Positions 29,297 through 38,547 of a stretch of 64,000 nt of DNA are shown here, in pieces. The DNA is from Promethearchaeota archaeon (GTDB taxonomy: Archaea; Asgardarchaeota; Lokiarchaeia; Sigyniarchaeales; SOKP01), in the NCBI GenBank assembly GCA_008080735.1, contig SHMW01000001.1, positions 32,001 through 96,000 of the forward strand, read 5' to 3'. The position numbers were made by a program, and so were the translations under genes. How positions within the stretch are numbered: position 1 is the first letter of the stretch; every line of letters begins with the position of its first letter. The notes beneath the pieces were generated by a model. The model was given only the letters and a program-made list of their open reading frames with translations, did no database searches and was not told the origin of the DNA.

Positions 29297-29809
29297 ATGG
29301 CAGAGGAATTTAGTAGTTTTCTTGCATCAGCGAAAAAAGAGCCTATAGAGGAAAAGGTTAACCAATTCGGCGAGATTGTAGAGAAGATCATGAGTATTGT
29401 ACTCCGTATCCCGGATTTAGTCGATCAATCCATCGCAACCATCAATCAAAAAATTTCAGGCTTAGAATCAAAAGTTAATAACATGAATAGCGAAATTTCG
29501 TCCTTAAAAAGTCAAGTGAGTTCAGGTGCTACAGCTTCTGGAGGGTCTAGTTCTGGCTCAGCACCCGGAGGCCCAACTGGGAAAGCACCCGGAGGCCCAC
29601 CGCCAGGGCCATCAAAACCATCGGGTGGCGCACCTGGAGGACCGCCTGGAGGACCACCTGGAGGACCACCACCTGGACCAGGAGGCGGAGCGCCTGGAGG
29701 ACCACCTGGAGGGCCAGGAGGCGGATCGAAGCCCGCAAACCCGGTATCTCTTAGAGGCGCGATTATGGGCGAACTAAAAGAACTCTTTGCAAAGAAAAAC
29801 CGAAAATAG
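29297..29809 (+). CDS. Coiled-coil / polyproline (GGPP repeat) protein with a C-terminal amphipathic helix
   Basis: AAGGAG RBS; heptad region, then PGGPPPGP...GGPPGGPPGGPPPGP, then SLRGAIMGELKELFAKK. Confidence 0.85.
   Translation: MAEEFSSFLASAKKEPIEEKVNQFGEIVEKIMSIVLRIPDLVDQSIATINQKISGLESKVNNMNSEISSLKSQVSSGATASGGSSSGSAPGGPTGKAPGGPPPGPSKPSGGAPGGPPGGPPGGPPPGPGGGAPGGPPGGPGGGSKPANPVSLRGAIMGELKELFAKKNRK
29564..29722 (+). repeat. GC-rich coding tandem repeat (cctggaggaccr units encoding PGGP)
   Basis: Repeated ggaggaccacct / ggaggccca units in an otherwise AT-rich genome. Confidence 0.85.
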
Positions 29810-30026
29810 TTCAGTAGCGCCCCAATTTTTTCCTTATCTTATTTTAGCTCACAGATTTCTTATATATAGGTGCATTTGTCTTTCTGGGGAAGAAATACTT
29901 TTAAGAGTATGAGTTCTAAAATTAATTTTTAATTTCTACTTCAATTACCTACCCCATCCACTTATATCAAGATTTAAAAACGAAAATACTTATAATCTAT
30001 CATACGGGACAAAATGAGGGACATTT

Positions 30027-31772
30027 GTGAGAAGTCTTAGACCGCTCTTCGAGACCGATAAAAAAGTGAAGGTATCTCATGATTTTAAGCGACAAATCTT
30101 AGAGGTACTTTCCTTAGCTCGCGTTATCAATAATTATTACTATAAGAAAAAAAAGGTACAGGAGCAGATCAGACCGCAAATTCTACGACAATTTAGGGAA
30201 GAGCTGAGTACGATTAAACAAAATCAAGATTGGTTATTCGCGATTCCTTCGGTCTTAGAAAAGATCAGCGAAGATTTTATTAGTAAAAACGACTCCTTCC
30301 GCTTTCCAGATAGTATCATCCTCTTTGAAGTTTGGATGAATTTGGGAATTACAAGTTTGTATCCTCAAGTTGCTTTACACTTTAAATTTCCAGGATTCTT
30401 AAAAGGAGAACAAACACGCCATATCTTTCAATTTATCTTTTCTACTTCTCGGGGCTTAGCTTTTCCTATACAATTTCCGCCAGAATTCTATTCCTATTCA
30501 CCCAAGTTCCTTAAATACTTAAATCCTCTCTTTAAATGGATCTATAAGATATGCCATGTTCTCAATATTGCAATTTTTAAATTAGAAAAACGGTTTCATT
30601 CAAAACGGCATCACCCTGGAGATTTTGAATCCGTCATCATCTCAAAGTACAATAATAATTTCTATAGAGCTGTGAACACGCTTTTTCATGGGTATTTTAC
30701 AGATGCACCGAAAACGCTTGGTCAATATTCATCTTTTCAGGAAATTTTAGAGGATACTATGTTTTGTTATCGAATCGGTGATCATGCCATTGAAGTGAAG
30801 AAAGATGAACCACACTATCAAACTCTCGATGTACCTTTAATTAATCAAGATTTAATCAAAAAACGTTATGAAGTCGATTTTTATGGTTATATTAAGAAAC
30901 TTATGGCGGTTAACAGATTATTAACAAAAAAAATCGAATATTACCGCAAAAAACGTAAGAAACTCATAAAAAATCTGCCCTTGGTGGATCAAATTAAATT
31001 CTGGCTCCAGATTTCGAAAAAACTCTCTCTTCCGGGGCAGCACCTCCCGCCTAATTATGCGGAAATAGAAAAATACCATAAGCACAAACATCTTATCGAA
31101 AAATTACGGAAATTGTTATGGTTGACTCCCCTCTTTACGCACACAATCCATGATGCATCAAGAGTGAAAGAATCTTTCAAATTTTCTAAAAAAGCGGAGC
31201 AATTGGATGGGTACGACTATAACATAGAATCCTCAAAACCTATCTTTTTTACCTTCATCTCTACCTATGAAAAAGATGAAGAATTTGAGTTTGCGGATAC
31301 GGAAGTACTCACTTCATTAGAAGATCTCCGTGACACAATGGCAAAAATGTGGCTTTATTTTAAAGAGCGCCATTTCAAATATGCTTTAAAAAAATTAAAT
31401 GATGTGGCGCGGCTTTCTACCGAAAATAAGGAAAACAAGGCGAAAATAGAGACGGACATTAAAAAACTAATCCCAATTATTGCGATTTATGAAATTTTTA
31501 ACAGACCCCTATCCGAATCCGTATATCCCGAGTCCATTCCTCAAACTAAGCGTTTTAAAGCATATTTAGCAAAATTTTTAACCTCTCGCTATAATATACT
31601 CGGATTAAATCTCATTAAATTCTTTAATAAGTTAGCCTATAGAAATTGGGCATATCTTATAACACAGAAAGAGATGAATCTCCATCAATTCTTTCGTTTT
31701 ATCTTTAGTTTGGACATTTGGAAACATATCCCTAGAAATATAAAAGAATATTTGACACAGAACTCTGTCTAA
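30027..31772 (+). CDS. Hypothetical protein
   Basis: 581-aa ORF, aromatic/basic-rich, no motif recognised. Confidence 0.75.
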   Translation: MRSLRPLFETDKKVKVSHDFKRQILEVLSLARVINNYYYKKKKVQEQIRPQILRQFREELSTIKQNQDWLFAIPSVLEKISEDFISKNDSFRFPDSIILFEVWMNLGITSLYPQVALHFKFPGFLKGEQTRHIFQFIFSTSRGLAFPIQFPPEFYSYSPKFLKYLNPLFKWIYKICHVLNIAIFKLEKRFHSKRHHPGDFESVIISKYNNNFYRAVNTLFHGYFTDAPKTLGQYSSFQEILEDTMFCYRIGDHAIEVKKDEPHYQTLDVPLINQDLIKKRYEVDFYGYIKKLMAVNRLLTKKIEYYRKKRKKLIKNLPLVDQIKFWLQISKKLSLPGQHLPPNYAEIEKYHKHKHLIEKLRKLLWLTPLFTHTIHDASRVKESFKFSKKAEQLDGYDYNIESSKPIFFTFISTYEKDEEFEFADTEVLTSLEDLRDTMAKMWLYFKERHFKYALKKLNDVARLSTENKENKAKIETDIKKLIPIIAIYEIFNRPLSESVYPESIPQTKRFKAYLAKFLTSRYNILGLNLIKFFNKLAYRNWAYLITQKEMNLHQFFRFIFSLDIWKHIPRNIKEYLTQNSV

Positions 31773-32093
31773 GGGAAACCAACCTTAAGAATAAAAACTT
31801 TTTGTAACAAAACCTCTAGATTTTACTGAGGACGTCTCAAGACGACGATAAAACCTTAATATTGTTGGAAATGTTTAGTGGGGAAATCTAAATCTTTAGA
31901 TAATATTTAAATTATTAGGGATATGCATTTTTCATTATGAGAAGAAAAGACTTAGAAACATGGAGATCTCGAAAATTTTGGCTCTTCTCACGATAATATA
32001 TGATAATTGTTCGCAAGAGCGATTGAGAGAAGTCATCGCTACCAAAAATAAATCTCAAAAAACAAGAAAATGGAATTATTATGCATATATTCT

Positions 32094-32675
32094 TTAGAAT
32101 TCCAAAAAACCAGGATCTTCGAATACATCTTCGATTTCGCGCTCTTTCTTTATGTCACTCTCGTCGTGCTCACTGAATAAGGAATCGTCATCTGTCTGAA
32201 TCCCGTGTTCAAGTTCTTCGGTTTCTAATTTGAGAAGAGCATCTTTCTCCAAACGCTTGTATTTTTCCGATCTCATTTTCCATTCATTTACCTCGTCCAT
32301 ATCAACATCATCTTCTTCTAATAATTGGGCCGCTTTAACCTTACTCAGATCTGCTAATATTGAATAGGCAAATGCTAATTCTCCGAACTCTTCCTTTTGC
32401 TTAAGCTTATTAACTCGTCTCTCTAATCTTTGTAGCTCCTGATCCGCGTAGTATATATCGATAAAATCCCCAAAGGCATCCACTGGTTCTGAGATCGAGT
32501 TGATTAAAACCTCTTTCTCAAGTCCACAATGTCCGCATTTTACTGTTGCGAAGCCGCCACCTTTTTTAATATCCTTTACCTTTACACTTTTTTCACCGCA
32601 GCTGGGGCATGTGAAAATCTTTGGTAATTTCTTAACTCTTCTATAGCTCGTTTGCTTTCTTTTACGTCGTCCCAT
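32094..32675 (-). CDS. elf1: Transcription elongation factor Elf1 with a long C-terminal helical/acidic extension
   Basis: MGRRKRK...KLPKIFTCPSCG....V........A.V.CGHCGL.....I....EPVDAF.DFID. Confidence 0.9.
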   Translation of the reverse strand: MGRRKRKQTSYRRVKKLPKIFTCPSCGEKSVKVKDIKKGGGFATVKCGHCGLEKEVLINSISEPVDAFGDFIDIYYADQELQRLERRVNKLKQKEEFGELAFAYSILADLSKVKAAQLLEEDDVDMDEVNEWKMRSEKYKRLEKDALLKLETEELEHGIQTDDDSLFSEHDESDIKKEREIEDVFEDPGFLEF

Positions 32676-32760
32676 AAAATCTCCTCGAAAATTAAATTAA
32701 TTATATTTTAAATTTGATAATTTAAAGAACATTAAATCAAATAAGATATGGAATCGGGGG

Positions 32761-32819
32761 CTAAAAAATTTTTCGGTTTCTGCGAGCTCCTTTCCACAAC
32801 GTATCGAAAAATTTTTTAG
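32761..32819. promoter_or_regulatory. Perfect 15-bp inverted repeat between the divergent elf1 and the 8-gene operon
   Basis: ctaaaaaatttttcg (32761-32775) / cgaaaaattttttag (32805-32819), 29-bp spacer. Confidence 0.65.
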
Positions 32820-32880
32820 GAATCATGTATTAGATAAAATACTCTTTTTGGCTAAATCTTAATCAATACTAAAAGAGAGA

Positions 32881-33987
32881 GTGGATAGTAGGATGGAACA
32901 TAAAAATTTATCATTAGAGTATGACAGAGACTTAATAAATCGAATTCTCGATGATGCAGATATGCGCTATATTATCCTGTTCTTATATACAATTCGCAAT
33001 GACCTATTTCGAGATTTAACAGATGAGGATCTAATAGACGCGTATAACCGAGTCTTAATTTTAGATGAGATTTTTAAAGGAAATTTATTAAGTTTCTGGG
33101 ATGAGGAATTCATCGAAATTGCCATCGATTTAGGCTTAATTAAGAATATCAGAACAAAAAGAGAGTTTGATCAAAAAGAGCAAGATTTCATTGTTAAACT
33201 GGGTGAAGAGACCATCACGATAGAAGGTGATACCATCTCAGTACCAGCGGACACGCTTTATCTTATGATTACAAAGAAATTCAAATCCGTCAATCGCCGT
33301 AACTACAATCTGGCACTGACGAGATTAAAAAGCGTTCGTTGTGAAGCTTCGGGTGTAATTCACCCCTTTATATATCAGATCGGAGAAAATGATTATACGA
33401 TCTCAGATGATTTATATTATATTCTAGACCAATTTGGAAACATATATCAGACGATTAAAATAGAAAATACTGTAGAGGGCTTTGCCGATCGATTTATAGA
33501 AATTTATGATAAGCTTGTGGAACTGATTGAACTATATGATACTGGACTTACAAATAAAAAAGCAACTGAAAAAGCGAACAAAGCAATCGAGCAAGGGAAA
33601 GATATTATACAATTTCTTAAAGACGAGAATATCTCATTATCAGATAAATTCAAGTTTGACAAAGTTGATAAGAGTGAATCAATTTTTAAAGATTGGCATT
33701 CACGATTGATCCAGCTCTTAAATTTCCGTTATAAAATGAATAATATCGAGACACAAATAAAGGAGATTAAACAATATTATTCTGGCAAGGATAAAAAATT
33801 TAATTACTTGGAATTCATCGAAATGGTCTCGTTCAACGAGGAGGGGATTGTAGATAAAATTAGAAATGATCTGATAACCCTAAGGGAACAAATTATCGAT
33901 ATAAATGATATTATTTCGAAATTAACAAAAAAGCAGATAAAGCTTTTGAATTTGGATTTTGAACGATTTTTAATTGAGCAAGAATAA
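32881..33987 (+). CDS. Hypothetical protein; probable winged-helix region followed by a helical bundle/coiled coil
   Basis: LY.MI...F....RRNYNLALTRL...FIYQIGENDYTIS wHTH-like segment, then heptad helices. Confidence 0.7.
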   Translation: MDSRMEHKNLSLEYDRDLINRILDDADMRYIILFLYTIRNDLFRDLTDEDLIDAYNRVLILDEIFKGNLLSFWDEEFIEIAIDLGLIKNIRTKREFDQKEQDFIVKLGEETITIEGDTISVPADTLYLMITKKFKSVNRRNYNLALTRLKSVRCEASGVIHPFIYQIGENDYTISDDLYYILDQFGNIYQTIKIENTVEGFADRFIEIYDKLVELIELYDTGLTNKKATEKANKAIEQGKDIIQFLKDENISLSDKFKFDKVDKSESIFKDWHSRLIQLLNFRYKMNNIETQIKEIKQYYSGKDKKFNYLEFIEMVSFNEEGIVDKIRNDLITLREQIIDINDIISKLTKKQIKLLNLDFERFLIEQE

Positions 33988-33989
33988 AG

Positions 33990-34976
33990 GTGAGTGTATA
34001 TAAAATGATATGTCCTGTATGCGAAATAGAAATGGAAACTTTGGTGGAGGGTATTTTCCAATGTCCGAAATGTCGAAAAATCATAAAACAAAAAACGGAA
34101 GAAGAGCAAGAAGAGGAAAAGAAGATTGGAAAGGGTGAACTTCAAGAGGGAGAATACTTCCACCGAAATGCAAGTATTAATAGACAATATGAAATATGCG
34201 AAAGTGGAATTACTGTAAATAAAACTGAAAACAGATGGTTTGCGGTGCTAATTTGCCATAGTGCATATCTTGAAAGTGAACGATATGTTCGACTTTCATG
34301 GTGGAAAAAATCATTTTATCGGCATGCAGGGATGATGAAGATATATGAAGAAGATGTCATGAAAAATTTGATAGCTGCTTTAGAAAAAATTGATAAAAAA
34401 TTCGATGATTTCTGGACCTTCAAAGGAAAATTTAGAGAAAACAAAACTCTCACAGAAGAGGATAAAATTCGAGAAAAAAAATTAGATCTTATCAAATATA
34501 GGATAATCGAAAATCGAACGTGTCCGAAATGTGGGAAGAAAATGGATAAGGAAAAATCGCACTATGAATGTCCACATTGTGGAGAAATAGTCATTCTGGA
34601 GGGTTATAACCAACCCGTGTTTAATATCGCCCCAACAGATCTCAAATTAAATTTTCAAGCAAGCTTTCCTATAAACTTTTATCTTCCCGTTGCAGGTATA
34701 ACTATAAAATGGTTGATGGGTGAGTGGAAAAGCTTGGTAGTTATTTATTCAAAAGAAAACCCCAATAAGAAATGGCTTCGGTTTTATTGGTGGATACGAG
34801 ATTTAAAAAATGTATTAAAATATGGGAAGCGTGAGATTGGAGAAAGTTCTAAATTAGGTTGGAAAGCCAAAAAAGGAGCTGGTACTACTAATCTTTACAA
34901 TAAAGATATAATAAGGCCTCTAATCGACGCATTAAAAAAAATATCTAAAGAAATGAATTGGAATATTGAAGAGTAG
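33990..34976 (+). CDS. Tandem-duplicated [Zn ribbon + PC4-like beta-sheet/helix] protein
   Basis: CPVC/CPKC and CPKC/CPHC; two copies of GIT.....W..(L/V).......(YVRLSWW/WLRFYWW)...(I/L)Y..D....LI.AL.KI. Confidence 0.7.
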   Translation: MSVYKMICPVCEIEMETLVEGIFQCPKCRKIIKQKTEEEQEEEKKIGKGELQEGEYFHRNASINRQYEICESGITVNKTENRWFAVLICHSAYLESERYVRLSWWKKSFYRHAGMMKIYEEDVMKNLIAALEKIDKKFDDFWTFKGKFRENKTLTEEDKIREKKLDLIKYRIIENRTCPKCGKKMDKEKSHYECPHCGEIVILEGYNQPVFNIAPTDLKLNFQASFPINFYLPVAGITIKWLMGEWKSLVVIYSKENPNKKWLRFYWWIRDLKNVLKYGKREIGESSKLGWKAKKGAGTTNLYNKDIIRPLIDALKKISKEMNWNIEE

Positions 34977-34990
34977 AAAGGAGATAATAT

Positions 34991-36130
34991 ATGTCTGAAC
35001 AACAAGATCCCACTTGGAATGATTTACTAAACTCATTTATCGGGGGAGTGGATAAGGCAATTCAACATCTAGAAGAAAGAGATATTGAACGAATACCTGG
35101 TGCTAGAGAAGCTCTATTACGGCGTCTAAATGATATGAAAACCCACTTTCCGAAAAATAATGGAGATATTTTTATAAAAGCCATAAATGATAAGATTCAA
35201 AACTCCTTTTTTCCTAACACTCGCGATTTTTCTGATGCTTTTCAAAAGATTCTCCAATCACGTACACACGAACAAGACTATATTATAAATGAATTAATTA
35301 ATGGATTTGTCACTTCTCGTGCCAAAGGAATCGCTTCTGGGACTCAAATACCTGTAATTGACAGATTGGTGGAAGCATTTTCAACGCGCAATGATTTTCA
35401 TATAGTTGATCATCAATTTTACGCATTATTTGGTGATCCAAACAAACCACGGAAATATGTAAAGGATCAATTAGAGGAGCTGGTAAATCTATTCGGGTTG
35501 GTCTCGAAAGAATTAGTCGTGGAGAAAGATGTGAGGAAAAGCGAGAAAAAAATCTATACCTTTTATACATTTCCCGATGAGATATTGACGATTTTAGAAG
35601 AAAAATATATCGTCATTGACGAGGAACTAGGGTATGCGTATGTGAGTGAGGAATTTGATCGAAACGTGTTTATATGCATGTTTTTAGCCAATATTTCTGT
35701 CAATTGGGATAATTTAGAAAAAATTGGTGGAGAATATACGGTAAATGGAATTTGCGCCATCTTTGCTTTAATTCTTTTATTAAGCTTTATGCCTAAGGTT
35801 TCTGTAAGTGAGGATAACCCAATCCTTCGAGATCCAACCTATAATGAGGAAAATATGAGCGTTATTCCGAAATCGTGGATGATGAAACAAGTTTTAGATC
35901 CATTATTCGAACCTCTTATAAAAGTGGTTGCATATAGAATAGGTGGAGGTCTTTGGCTTTCCAGTGTTATTGATTCAGAAGTGAATAAAAAAATTCATAA
36001 TCAAATAAGATTTTTGATAAAGGATGTGAATAGATGGATCCTCGGAGAGTTAGTTCGTGTGGAAGTACCCATATTTGTTGAGATTTCCAATATATTCCAA
36101 GAAATCATGGTGGGTACTGAAAGAGAATAA
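34991..36130 (+). CDS. Hypothetical protein (operon member)
   Basis: 379 aa, GGAG RBS, 14 bp after the previous stop. Confidence 0.8.
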   Translation: MSEQQDPTWNDLLNSFIGGVDKAIQHLEERDIERIPGAREALLRRLNDMKTHFPKNNGDIFIKAINDKIQNSFFPNTRDFSDAFQKILQSRTHEQDYIINELINGFVTSRAKGIASGTQIPVIDRLVEAFSTRNDFHIVDHQFYALFGDPNKPRKYVKDQLEELVNLFGLVSKELVVEKDVRKSEKKIYTFYTFPDEILTILEEKYIVIDEELGYAYVSEEFDRNVFICMFLANISVNWDNLEKIGGEYTVNGICAIFALILLLSFMPKVSVSEDNPILRDPTYNEENMSVIPKSWMMKQVLDPLFEPLIKVVAYRIGGGLWLSSVIDSEVNKKIHNQIRFLIKDVNRWILGELVRVEVPIFVEISNIFQEIMVGTERE

Positions 36131-36176
36131 AGAACTGAATTTAAAATATTTTTAATCAAATAGGTGTAATTAAAAC

Positions 36177-37442
36177 GTGGTCAGAGAAAAATGGACAGAC
36201 ATATTGCCTAGATATCAGACATTTATTAGTCACATGAAGCCTATCCTTAGAGAAACGCGCAGAATTATAGAAGGATTAGATCCCGACCTTCTCTATGATA
36301 CAGAAGTATTAGATAAAATTAGGCAAGAGGAAGAAAAAAGAAATGTTCGTAAAGTTCGCGCACTGACAGAATTTTCTGCGATGTATCGTTCTAATGTATA
36401 CGAAATCATGAAAGATTTTATTATTAAATATAGAGATCGCATCCCTCTAATAGATATTAAGGATTATATTATAGATTTTCTTCAAGAATCCGTAAAGGCA
36501 TTAACCATATTACGAAATATCACAAATCCCGATGAAAGAAATTTAGAAAATACATACCTTTATCGCTTAGTAAAATATCTAGAAGGAATTCTATTTCCAC
36601 GCAGAGGAAGTATTAAAGAGATTTATGAAGCTCTATTAGAATATGTGCCAGATTTCTATGAATCCCAGAGACATATTCTCATGACACATACTTATTACCG
36701 AGAGGATTTGGAACATCCGGATTTCTTTACCATCCCGGGCATCTCTCCGAAAGTCTATCAAATTATAAATAATGTCACCTCTTTCTTCAACTTAGATCCA
36801 AGCTATGGTGCGTTTCCAGAACGACAAAATCAAGAAATTCCAATGATATTGATAAAAGATGTATTTTTACCTTATATTGATTCTATTGCAAATGCCGAAG
36901 AAGAAGCAATTAACAATATCGGGGAGAGAATCGGTTTAAGGGTTATAGATGGTATATTTCTAGCCCCTAAAGAAGAGACTATTGATTTGTTTATGGATAA
37001 TAATTATTTTCGCAAAAACAAACAATCGGACGGGACGATGCGATATGTCCCACAATTTAGTAATGAGACCCTAATTTTATATTATTTAGCATTCGCGTCA
37101 AGAAGAAGGGGATTTTTATCTAAAGAACTTATAAATTGGATCGCAATGAATTTTGCGTTTTTGGTATATATGGGAATATTAAAATGGAAGCTTACAGATG
37201 AAAATATATTTTATTCAATATTTAAAGATCTTCAAACAAATGAAAAAGTATTGCCCTACTTAATGAAGTTGATTTGCTTTCCTAATTATCTGGGATTGGA
37301 TAAAACCAAGATTAGAGACAGTCCCCAATATAGGAAGGAGATATTTAATTTTATAGGCGCTCAGATTGATAATTTAGAGCAACTGATTGAAAATATTGGA
37401 GAATATTGTGAGAAAATTGAAAAGGAAGGAAATAATAAATAA
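36177..37442 (+). CDS. Hypothetical protein (operon member)
   Basis: 421 aa, AGGTG RBS, mainly helical. Confidence 0.8.
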   Translation: MVREKWTDILPRYQTFISHMKPILRETRRIIEGLDPDLLYDTEVLDKIRQEEEKRNVRKVRALTEFSAMYRSNVYEIMKDFIIKYRDRIPLIDIKDYIIDFLQESVKALTILRNITNPDERNLENTYLYRLVKYLEGILFPRRGSIKEIYEALLEYVPDFYESQRHILMTHTYYREDLEHPDFFTIPGISPKVYQIINNVTSFFNLDPSYGAFPERQNQEIPMILIKDVFLPYIDSIANAEEEAINNIGERIGLRVIDGIFLAPKEETIDLFMDNNYFRKNKQSDGTMRYVPQFSNETLILYYLAFASRRRGFLSKELINWIAMNFAFLVYMGILKWKLTDENIFYSIFKDLQTNEKVLPYLMKLICFPNYLGLDKTKIRDSPQYRKEIFNFIGAQIDNLEQLIENIGEYCEKIEKEGNNK

Positions 37443-37463
37443 AATATAAAAAAGGTAAAAAAA

Positions 37464-38534
37464 ATGTATACTGATGAAGAAATAAGAGAACGCCTGAGCA
37501 AATATGGTGCAGTGTATTTGCCCGAAGATATCAAAGAAGATATTGATGATATAAAAGGTAATGAAGATAAGAAGGATCGATTAGATGATTTTTTTAAGGG
37601 TTTGAAAAAGTATGAAGATATTTCAGAACAACTAAAAAAAACAAAACTCTCTCCCAGTTTAACTTTACTTCTATTTGGCCCCCCTGGGACGGGAAAAACC
37701 TCTCTTACTCGGGCTTATGCCAAGCAATATGAAATAGCGATGTGTGTTGTTGAGTCAGATAGATTAGTCTCCCCTTTATTAGGCGATACGATAAAAAATA
37801 TAAGAAATGTGGTGGAATTAGCTGCAGATATTGCAAAAGAGAATGGTGCCTTTTTATTATTTTTTGATGAAATTGATGCTATAGGTTCCGAAAGATCAAA
37901 TATACATGAAGTTGGAGAGATTAAACGAGCAGTTATCTCATTTTTACAAGTGATTGACAAGGTAAATTATGAAGGAACACCACTGGCTATTTTTGGAGCA
38001 ACCAATCATCAACATCAATTAGATTCTGCAATTTGGAGGCGTTTTACCTTTCATCTGAAATTTGATTTTCCAAATTACGAATTAAGAAAAGAAATAATTG
38101 AATCTTATCTGGATAAAATAAAAAATGCTAATATTGGTGTTGATGACACCATATATAAAAGACTTGATCAAGAATATGTAAAAATAAGAGAAATTCATAC
38201 GAACCTTGAGGGCAAATTGGGAAGGGAAATAAGTGAATTTGAAGATAATCTTCTCTGGAATGAAATAGAAAAAAAAAAAGATGTTCAAGGGTTCCTCAAA
38301 CTAACAATTGGTTATTCGGGATCAGATATTGAAAGAGGGACCAGAGTTGCCCTTTTCAAAGTTATTCAAACAGGGGTACTGACATATGATATTTTTTATG
38401 ATTCTTTGAAATTGGTAGGTGGAACAGCGGTACATGTAGAAAGACAAGATATCTTAAGTCATTCAAAGCAAAGGAAAGGAAAAGAAAAATATACTTCAAG
38501 TCGACCCCCTACCTCAGGACCACCTGAAATATAA
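37464..38534 (+). CDS. AAA+ ATPase (classic clade, single AAA module)
   Basis: Walker A GPPGTGKT, Walker B FFDEID, sensor-1 ATN, SRH LDSAIWRRF, GYSGSDIE. Confidence 0.95.
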   Translation: MYTDEEIRERLSKYGAVYLPEDIKEDIDDIKGNEDKKDRLDDFFKGLKKYEDISEQLKKTKLSPSLTLLLFGPPGTGKTSLTRAYAKQYEIAMCVVESDRLVSPLLGDTIKNIRNVVELAADIAKENGAFLLFFDEIDAIGSERSNIHEVGEIKRAVISFLQVIDKVNYEGTPLAIFGATNHQHQLDSAIWRRFTFHLKFDFPNYELRKEIIESYLDKIKNANIGVDDTIYKRLDQEYVKIREIHTNLEGKLGREISEFEDNLLWNEIEKKKDVQGFLKLTIGYSGSDIERGTRVALFKVIQTGVLTYDIFYDSLKLVGGTAVHVERQDILSHSKQRKGKEKYTSSRPPTSGPPEI

Positions 38535-38547
38535 ATAATCACTTGAG

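Noticed and set aside
29564-29722. Possible CRISPR or non-coding repeat array
   Set aside because: Units are 12-nt in-frame coding repeats with no unique spacers; no cas genes or repeat-spacer arrays were seen in the window
29526-29777. Alternative-frame and antisense ORFs (29526-29777 +, 29547-29738 -) with repetitive peptides
   Set aside because: By-products of the GC-rich Pro/Gly codon repeat in the 29297-29809 gene
31780-32093. Short ORFs between the orphan gene and elf1 (for example MEISKILALLTIIYDNC...)
   Set aside because: Under 50 aa, no convincing motif or RBS; cannot be distinguished from chance or a decayed gene
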